The notes below the pieces were generated by a model that ran no database searches, was not told where the DNA came from, and saw only the letters and a list, made by a program, of their open reading frames with translations. From a virus (taxonomy: Duplodnaviria; Caudoviricetes): a DNA stretch of 64,000 bases. Shown here piece after piece: positions 57,481-64,000 of this stretch (within the stretch, counting starts at the first letter, position 1; each line of letters starts with the position of its first letter). The translations under genes were made by a program, and so were the position numbers. The stretch is taken from IMG/VR virus record IMGVR_UViG_3300032295_002421, positions 14,630-78,629 of that record. One strand, 5' to 3'.

Positions 57481-58067
57481 TTAATTTCGAACAACTAGGA
57501 AGACAAATAGCAGAGGATATTTTAAAAGAAGCATCACCAGATGTAGGACCTTGTTTTTACCCTGGTAAATTTAAACCTCCTCATAAAGGACATTTTGAAG
57601 CTGCAAAGTATTTAGCATCTCAAAATTATATTAATAAGGTATATGTTGTTATATCTAATGTTACCAAATATGGTATAACTCCACAAGATTCTCTTTATAT
57701 TTGGCAAGAATATCTTAAAGCAGAACCTAATCCTAAAATAGAAGTCTATATATCTAAAGAGTCTACACCTATAAAAGACATTTTTTCTTTTATGGCAGAA
57801 AACCCAGATATTGATCCAGTGTATGTTGCATCGGGTGAAGAAGAACAAACAGAATTAGGATATTTTGATTCTATACAAAAAAGATTCCCTAATAAAATAA
57901 GACCTCAAATTATACCTGCACAATTTGGTAGAATATCTGCAACTCAAATGAGAGCTACAATTAAAGATGGTAACTTTGAAGAGTTCGTTAAGTTTATTCC
58001 AGACTCAGCATATAATAAGGGAGTGGCAAAAGACGTGTTTGGAAGACTATTGAAAATAATGAAATGA
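57477..58067 (+). CDS. HxGH nucleotidyltransferase (cytidylyltransferase/NadD-like)
   Basis: PGKFKPPHKGH; ISATQMR. Confidence 0.8.
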   Translation: MINFEQLGRQIAEDILKEASPDVGPCFYPGKFKPPHKGHFEAAKYLASQNYINKVYVVISNVTKYGITPQDSLYIWQEYLKAEPNPKIEVYISKESTPIKDIFSFMAENPDIDPVYVASGEEEQTELGYFDSIQKRFPNKIRPQIIPAQFGRISATQMRATIKDGNFEEFVKFIPDSAYNKGVAKDVFGRLLKIMK

Positions 58068-58957
58068 TACCAGAACAAAGACAAGAAATAATAGAGGATT
58101 TTATACAGTTTGTAAAAAACAAACTTGATATAGATCAACTTCCTACAATTAGGTTTTTAAATGACCGTGAATGGGCTACTGAAAAAAAAAGTTTTGGACA
58201 ATATGATCCTAATCAAAGGCACTTAGATGTTTATATAGGTAATAGAAATCTAGCCGATATACTTAGAACTTTATGCCACGAATTAGTTCATCATAGACAA
58301 AATGAACTTGGTAAATTATATAATAATGCTGGAGAAACTGGTTCTAATATAGAAAATCAAGCTAATGCTTTAGCAGGAATAATGATGAGAGATTACGGTA
58401 AGAGTAATGATCTTATTTATGAATCTCTTCTTCCTACTCTTAAACAAATCTACGAAGTAGAACAAAAAGGTAGTATTCAAATCTATTGTGATATGGATGG
58501 AGTATTATGTGATTTTGATGAAAGATTTGAACATTTTTATGGAATTCCACCTATAGAATACCGCACTACAAAAGGTGCCAAAGCATTTGAAGAGGCTGTA
58601 AATAAAGCCGGTGTTGACTTTTGGGCTAAAATGAATTGGATGCCTGGAGGCCAAGAATTATGGTCTATTATAGGTAAATATAATCCTTATATTTTAACTA
58701 GTCCAAGCAAATTTGAGTTTGCTAAAGAAGGAAAAAAGATGTGGATACAAAATAATTTAAATCCTCAACCTAGTAAAATATTATTTGCTCAAACAGGAAA
58801 TAAGCATTCAGAAATGAAGACTGATCCTAAAAGATCTATCCTAATAGATGACTATTGGCCAAATCTAGCTCCATGGAAAGCAGAAGGCGGTATTGCAATA
58901 ATGCATAAAGATATTAATAAAACAAAAGATATATTAAGTAAATTTAGAATAAAATAG
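58064..58957 (+). CDS. Fusion of HExxH metallopeptidase-like domain and HAD 5'(3')-deoxyribonucleotidase
   Basis: LCHELVHHRQ...ENQANA; IYCDMDGVLCDF, ILTSP, LIDDY. Confidence 0.8.
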   Translation: MIPEQRQEIIEDFIQFVKNKLDIDQLPTIRFLNDREWATEKKSFGQYDPNQRHLDVYIGNRNLADILRTLCHELVHHRQNELGKLYNNAGETGSNIENQANALAGIMMRDYGKSNDLIYESLLPTLKQIYEVEQKGSIQIYCDMDGVLCDFDERFEHFYGIPPIEYRTTKGAKAFEEAVNKAGVDFWAKMNWMPGGQELWSIIGKYNPYILTSPSKFEFAKEGKKMWIQNNLNPQPSKILFAQTGNKHSEMKTDPKRSILIDDYWPNLAPWKAEGGIAIMHKDINKTKDILSKFRIK

Positions 58958-58959
58958 TT

Positions 58960-59538
58960 ATGTTACCAAAAGATTCTACTCTAAAGAAAGAGTTTAAAAA
59001 AAGCGACGTTCAAAGAATGAGAAATATTATTACTGGTAAAACTGGTGATAGAACTCAAATACTTGGAGGTTGGGAAAGTAAAATAGAAGAGCATAAAGAA
59101 GGAGATATTTGGGAAGAAAATGGAAAGAAGTGGACTATTAAAAACGGCATTAAACAGTCTATTACAAAGCTAGATAAGTTTAAGCATCTTGTATCTATGC
59201 CTCTTACTTGTCCTAGTTGTAAGAAGCCTATGAAGGCAGATGAACTAAATAAAAAAATGTATTCAGTACATAAAACGTGTTTGAACTGTGTTATTGATAT
59301 GGAAGCTAAACTTAAGCTTGAAGGCAAATATAAAGAATATGAAAAGAATATTCTTAATATGAATAAGAATGCAAGCCTTGAAGAGTTTGAACAGGCTTTA
59401 GATTCATGGCTTGAGGAAAAAGATACATTTGTAACTGAACAAGGAGACATTGAAAGTTGGCAAGGAGGAGATAAGACTGTTATATATAAACAGCTAAAAG
59501 AAAAGATACAGGAGTTTAGGAAAACAGATATTTATTAG
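58960..59538 (+). CDS. Conserved Zn-binding hypothetical protein
   Basis: CPSC...HKTCLNC. Confidence 0.7.
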   Translation: MLPKDSTLKKEFKKSDVQRMRNIITGKTGDRTQILGGWESKIEEHKEGDIWEENGKKWTIKNGIKQSITKLDKFKHLVSMPLTCPSCKKPMKADELNKKMYSVHKTCLNCVIDMEAKLKLEGKYKEYEKNILNMNKNASLEEFEQALDSWLEEKDTFVTEQGDIESWQGGDKTVIYKQLKEKIQEFRKTDIY

Positions 59539-59552
59539 TAAATCTATATAGT

Positions 59553-61115
59553 ATGCCAGCAGCATCTAAACAACAACAGAAATTAATGGGCATAGTTCAC
59601 GCCCTTCAAAAAGGAGATATGAAACCATCACAAGCATCAGGAAAAGCAAAAGAAATGGCTAAATCAATGAAAAAAGGCGATGTAAAAGACTTTGCATCAA
59701 CTAAACATAAAGGACTTCCTAAAAAAGTAAAAAAAGAAGATTACGATCCTACAAAAATGTACGTAGTTCTTAGACCAGTAGATAACCTTGACGCGGCTGG
59801 ATTAATTAAAGAATTAAATCCATTACAAGGACTTGCTCCTTTAAATGTTAACATGGAAGATGTTATAGGTGTTACTGCAGATTCTACCCAAGCACAAGAA
59901 ATAGCAGCAGAAGCATATGATAAGTATTGTAAAGAAGTTCAATCTCTTGAAGAAAAGAAAGGTAAAGTTGGTGATAAATTAAAAAAGACTATTGATCATC
60001 TAGAAAAAAAGCGTAAAGAGCATGTTGAAATGGCTAAAGAAGATCCTAAAAATGCTTCTCAACATAAAGAACAAATTGCTAAAATAGCTACTCAAATTGA
60101 CGATCTTATGAGTAAGATGGAAAGAGTTGAGAAAAGTAAGAAAAACACCGAGAAAGCAGAAGATAAGAAAAAAGAAAAAAAGAGTTTAGAAGAAAGTGTG
60201 TTAGGTACTATAGCACTAGGAGCGACTCTAGGAATGGGAGTAAATTGGTTAAAGAATAAAAAAAAACAAATAGCTATTGCTAACCAAAAAGACCAAGAAG
60301 AAAAAGAGCAGGCTAAAAAAGATCAAGAAAGATTACAAGCAGTAGAAAAAGCAAAAAATATTTTAGATAATAATAAAGAATCACTAGATAAAATAAAAAA
60401 TAATAATAAAATTAAAGGTTGGTTAGATACTATAAATAAAAAATACAATAATGATTATAGTGCGTGGGAAGCAGAGGGCGGAAGTGGTTATTATAGTGGA
60501 GCAGGACTACCTCCTACATGGGGAGAGGGTTCTGGTGATTTAATAAAAAATATAGAAAAGGAAATAATATCAATTGTAGGAGAAGAAAAAGCAAAAGAGT
60601 TATTAGGTGCCTTACAAACATCCGGTAAAGGTTTAGAAAAGGGATTAAATAATGAAAGCAAAAAAAAAGATAAATTAAAAGAAGAATTTAATCCTACTGA
60701 TAAAGTAGTTTTAGATATACCTCTTTTTATTAGACTTTTAGAATATGCCAGAGAAGATGCAAAATCAGATATGGATCTTCATAATGTAGCACAAAAAGCT
60801 ATTGAATTATCCCAATCAGGAATGTCTCTTTCTATGAAAGATTATGAATCTTTAGTAGGAGGGCAACAAGAATTAGAAGAGCTAGGGCCAGCTAATAATG
60901 CAGCAAATCCTATAGATACTACACCAGAATTCCAAAGAGACTTAAGACAAAAATCAATTGATTTACCAAAAATACCTGGTATAGATAAAGCTGAAGTACA
61001 AAATTTAAGTGCTATATTAAATGCTATTACTAATAAATTAGGTAAAGGATCTCTTGCAGTTCATATAAAAGCAGCTTTAGATTTATTTAATAATAGGACC
61101 AAGAATTTAAAATAA
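59553..61115 (+). CDS. Modular probable head-internal polyprotein with N-terminal DUF3008-like domain
   Basis: MPAASKQQQKLMG...DFASTKHKGLP; modules separated by LEE/LKE; late motif at 59528. Confidence 0.65.
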   Translation: MPAASKQQQKLMGIVHALQKGDMKPSQASGKAKEMAKSMKKGDVKDFASTKHKGLPKKVKKEDYDPTKMYVVLRPVDNLDAAGLIKELNPLQGLAPLNVNMEDVIGVTADSTQAQEIAAEAYDKYCKEVQSLEEKKGKVGDKLKKTIDHLEKKRKEHVEMAKEDPKNASQHKEQIAKIATQIDDLMSKMERVEKSKKNTEKAEDKKKEKKSLEESVLGTIALGATLGMGVNWLKNKKKQIAIANQKDQEEKEQAKKDQERLQAVEKAKNILDNNKESLDKIKNNNKIKGWLDTINKKYNNDYSAWEAEGGSGYYSGAGLPPTWGEGSGDLIKNIEKEIISIVGEEKAKELLGALQTSGKGLEKGLNNESKKKDKLKEEFNPTDKVVLDIPLFIRLLEYAREDAKSDMDLHNVAQKAIELSQSGMSLSMKDYESLVGGQQELEELGPANNAANPIDTTPEFQRDLRQKSIDLPKIPGIDKAEVQNLSAILNAITNKLGKGSLAVHIKAALDLFNNRTKNLK

Positions 61116-62131
61116 TGCATAATCTTTCTAGAAATCATATTAAATATGTTTTAGGAATAGATATATCTTTAAATGAAAGTATTTCTTTTACAGAAGAACA
61201 ATCTATTCTTATTATAGAAAGACAATTATTGTACGAAAATTTTTTAGATTCTATAAAAAAATATGCAGGAGAAATAAAGGATACTTTTTTAAAAGGATTT
61301 ACTGATTTTAAAGATTTTGCTTCTACTTTATACAGAATTATAAATGATAAATTATCAATTAATTTTGCAGATTCTTTACTAAGAACTTTTATTAATAGTG
61401 ATATTAAAAAAAGTATAGATGATATTTTACAAAAAATAGGACAACAAGATCTACTTAATAATTTAATATCTAAAGTAAAAAAAATCTCTAATCCTATTTC
61501 AAAATTAATAGCTGCAATAGGGTTTACAACTGTTTCTAAGTTTTTTTATGATAAATTTAAAGATTTAGATTTAACTAAAGAAAATATTAAACAACAAGTT
61601 ATTTCATATTTAAAAAATTTTTTATCTGATGCGGCAATAGAAACATTAGAAGGTTTTTTTACTGGTGGATTTTCTACATTAAAACAATGGTTAGAAAAAA
61701 TAGGAATAGGCGCTACTACAATATATAATACATTAAAAAGTACTATAGAAAAATATAAAGACGCTTTTATGAAACAAGATGCAGGACAAAAAATGGCAGC
61801 AAAATTAGTTAGAGAAGAATTAAATGAAGGAGAATTCTGTCCTCAATGTTTGGCTCAATATATAAGAGAGCACATAAATTCTTTACAAGAAGCAGAATAT
61901 CAAGGACGTAAAGTGCCTCTTGGAAAACCTATGAGAGGTGATGTTAAGAAGTTTAAAGTATATGTAAAGAATAATAAAGGAAATATTGTTAAGGTTAACT
62001 TCGGTGATCCTAATATGAAGATTAAAAAATCAAATCCTAAAAGAAGAAAAAGTTTTAGAGCAAGACATCACTGTGATACTAATCCTGGACCAAGATGGAA
62101 AGCTAGATATTGGTCATGTAGGAAGTGGTAA
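61115..62131 (+). CDS. Modular probable head-internal protein with basic C-terminal domain
   Basis: LQE|AEYQGRKV...KKFKVYV...RKSFRARHHC...YWSCRKW. Confidence 0.65.
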   Translation: MHNLSRNHIKYVLGIDISLNESISFTEEQSILIIERQLLYENFLDSIKKYAGEIKDTFLKGFTDFKDFASTLYRIINDKLSINFADSLLRTFINSDIKKSIDDILQKIGQQDLLNNLISKVKKISNPISKLIAAIGFTTVSKFFYDKFKDLDLTKENIKQQVISYLKNFLSDAAIETLEGFFTGGFSTLKQWLEKIGIGATTIYNTLKSTIEKYKDAFMKQDAGQKMAAKLVREELNEGEFCPQCLAQYIREHINSLQEAEYQGRKVPLGKPMRGDVKKFKVYVKNNKGNIVKVNFGDPNMKIKKSNPKRRKSFRARHHCDTNPGPRWKARYWSCRKW

Positions 62132-62163
62132 TCAGTTAAATTAATTTATATACTTAATAAATA

Positions 62164-62826
62164 ATGGCTTATTTAGTAGCTAGTATACCACCAATAGAAG
62201 TTTTTATACGTAAAGATTTTTTATACGATTTTACTAAAGATAGTAAAAATAAGTTGTTAGGCGAAAATGAATACGAGTCAGCTCACTGGATAACAACTAA
62301 ATCAATCCCGAACCAAGCTTTATATTTTGAATCTTTCTTGCATGATTATGGTGCTTTATATGATAAGCTACCTATACATGCTTTTGTTTGGAAGACAGAT
62401 ATAGATAAAAATAATATATATCCATTAGATTGGTTACAATTATGGGACTGTTTTTCATATAATATATCTGTTATAAAAAAACAAAGATTAAGAAATGCTC
62501 GTTGTGAAGTAATAATGAAAGATAAGTCAAAGGCTCCTGGGCAGTATTTATTTACTATAGATTCGTGTTCTTCTGATCCAAATGAATTAGATGTATCTTG
62601 GTCAGAAACACCAAATGAACACAAATCATTTAATATAATTAAATTAGATAATGGTCAGTTTGCGGCCCAACCTAATAATAGAATATTATGGAAGCACCAG
62701 TCACAAACCCCTTCCACAGATTTAAAAACTCCATATTTTAAATTTTCAACTAAAACCTGGATCTGTGAAAATTCAGATAGGTGGTCAGCAGCTGGATCCA
62801 GTACTTTTACATATATAGATGAATGA
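62164..62826 (+). CDS. Conserved large-phage hypothetical protein
   Basis: LPIHAFVW, LQLWDCFSY, NGQFAAQPNNRI. Confidence 0.75.
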   Translation: MAYLVASIPPIEVFIRKDFLYDFTKDSKNKLLGENEYESAHWITTKSIPNQALYFESFLHDYGALYDKLPIHAFVWKTDIDKNNIYPLDWLQLWDCFSYNISVIKKQRLRNARCEVIMKDKSKAPGQYLFTIDSCSSDPNELDVSWSETPNEHKSFNIIKLDNGQFAAQPNNRILWKHQSQTPSTDLKTPYFKFSTKTWICENSDRWSAAGSSTFTYIDE

Positions 62827-62868
62827 TGAACTTCCAAGTTTAATTAATAGACAGATATTTATATTCAT

Positions 62869-63186
62869 ATGACAAAGCTTTTAGATATTTTAAAGGAAAT
62901 AAAAGAATCTTTTATAGAGTTTGCAGAAACTAGAATGAAAGGTGCTGAGAAGATTGCAAACAATGCAAAAGAAAAAGGTGGTTTGTCTATGCTTACTTAT
63001 AGTCATTTTATAGTTAAGCTTCCATATTATAAGAAAGCTAAACAAGGTGAATTTAATATAGAAGAAGCTAAAAAAGAATATGATAAGACATATAAAAGTA
63101 TATCTCTTAATATGACTCAGACAGAGTTTCAAAGAGAGGTTGGTAGATTAGAAGTATTAGGTGAACTAATAATTAGAAATAAATGA
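62869..63186 (+). CDS. Probable head-internal protein
   Basis: MTKLLDILKE start; late motif at 62855. Confidence 0.65.
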   Translation: MTKLLDILKEIKESFIEFAETRMKGAEKIANNAKEKGGLSMLTYSHFIVKLPYYKKAKQGEFNIEEAKKEYDKTYKSISLNMTQTEFQREVGRLEVLGELIIRNK

Positions 63187-63725
63187 TTAAGCTCAAAGAC
63201 ATATTAAGCGAAGTAATCTCAGAAATGGGATTTAATGATTGGGGAGTTCAAAATATAATCAAAGCATACAAAGATAATCCTAATAAAGCAAGAGAAATAT
63301 CAATAGCTTTTGCCGATCAAACAGACACATCTCTTGATGCTATTTTAGATATCATTCAAGATATGGACAAAATAGATTTTGATGAAAAACTTATTGCTTT
63401 AGGTTTACATAATTTAGAAGAAGCTTGTTGGGATGGATATCAAAAACAAGGAATGAAAAAGAAAGGGAACAGAATGGTTCCTAATTGCGTTAGAGTGAGT
63501 GAAGCAAAAAAGAAAAGTAAAGTTAATCCTGCGTATCTTACTAAAGATGCAGCAGCAATGAAGAAAGAAATTGATAGGGTAAAAAAGTTAAAGTCTGATG
63601 ATCCTTCGGCATACGGTAAATGGGATGCTGATTATTCAGATAAGGCTAAAACTAAGAAGTATAAGACTAAGAAAAGTGCTGCAACTTCTGCTTATGAAAA
63701 AAGATTTGGTAAAAAAGAAAAATAA
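63183..63725 (+). CDS. Modular probable head-internal protein
   Basis: MIKLKDILSE; LEE|ACWDGY..GMKKKG..VPNCV|SEA module; basic tail. Confidence 0.65.
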   Translation: MIKLKDILSEVISEMGFNDWGVQNIIKAYKDNPNKAREISIAFADQTDTSLDAILDIIQDMDKIDFDEKLIALGLHNLEEACWDGYQKQGMKKKGNRMVPNCVRVSEAKKKSKVNPAYLTKDAAAMKKEIDRVKKLKSDDPSAYGKWDADYSDKAKTKKYKTKKSAATSAYEKRFGKKEK

Positions 63726-64000
63726 TGAAGCTACAAGAACTATTACAACAATTAGTTGAAGAGAGGCTTAAGTTTCATCATTCTAATGCACCAGATGCAA
63801 AAGGTAAGTTTAAAGAATTACCTGCAGAAAAGTTAGCTAATTGGTTAATTAGAACAAGAAAAGGTAATATGAGTAAGATAACTGGCTCATTAAACCAACA
63901 AGCTAATTTTAATCGTAAAGATGATCCTGCTTACGCAAGAAAAATGGATAGGACTAGAGAGATAGTTAAAAAGAGACTAGATAAAAAGAAAAAGAAATGA
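63725..64000 (+). CDS. Basic probable head-internal protein
   Basis: MKLQELLQQLVEE start; Lys/Arg-rich; TGA at 63998-64000. Confidence 0.6.
   Translation: MKLQELLQQLVEERLKFHHSNAPDAKGKFKELPAEKLANWLIRTRKGNMSKITGSLNQQANFNRKDDPAYARKMDRTREIVKKRLDKKKKK

Noticed and set aside
4321-63132. Antisense or alternate-frame ORFs in the track (e.g. 4321, 4977, 6957, 14742, 17294, 18239, 28600, 32407, 33231, 49348, 52356, 59055, 62346, 62890)
   Set aside because: Fully overlap better-supported genes and show no recognisable motifs; treated as shadows
1-64000. Stop-codon reassignment (code 15 or 4)
   Set aside because: Long genes (up to 1345 aa) are uninterrupted in the standard code, and TAG/TGA occur at gene ends abutting the next start
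1-64000. tRNA, tmRNA or rRNA genes
   Set aside because: No T-loop GTTCRA in a cloverleaf context or CCA-ended acceptor stems seen by eye; tRNAscan/ARAGORN would be decisive

Overview
64 kb segment of a large, AT-rich (roughly 27% GC by eye) tailed bacteriophage, most likely a myovirus with a T4-type baseplate. Promoter and translation-initiation signatures suggest a Bacteroidetes host. Layout: (1) 1-11 kb, a 12-gene glycan operon (glycosyltransferases, three O-methyltransferases, RmlB, plus an aldolase/SDR/DHQS-like cyclase/ThDP enzyme/epimerase block); (2) 13-32 kb, small early genes behind five copies of an approximately 150-bp cassette. Each cassette holds three tandem 25-27 bp units matching the IHF consensus in alternating orientations, with the last box exactly 67 bp from a conserved promoter core in all five copies. 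This region also has GC-rich islands and TT-free tracts that may mark termini; (3) 34-54 kb on the minus strand, baseplate/tail genes and a late sigma factor. A baseplate-type gene appears split by an insert carrying mucin-like Thr repeats and three glycosyltransferases (HPAT/GT95-like, GT6, GT25-like); (4) a candidate pseudoknotted ncRNA in the divergent intergenic region before the primase; (5) 55-64 kb, primase, exonuclease, nucleotide-processing enzymes and probable head-packaged polyproteins with a shared MxKLxxLLxE-type N-terminus. No tRNA, rRNA or CRISPR array was seen, and the code appears standard. All family calls come from motif recognition by eye, not database searches.
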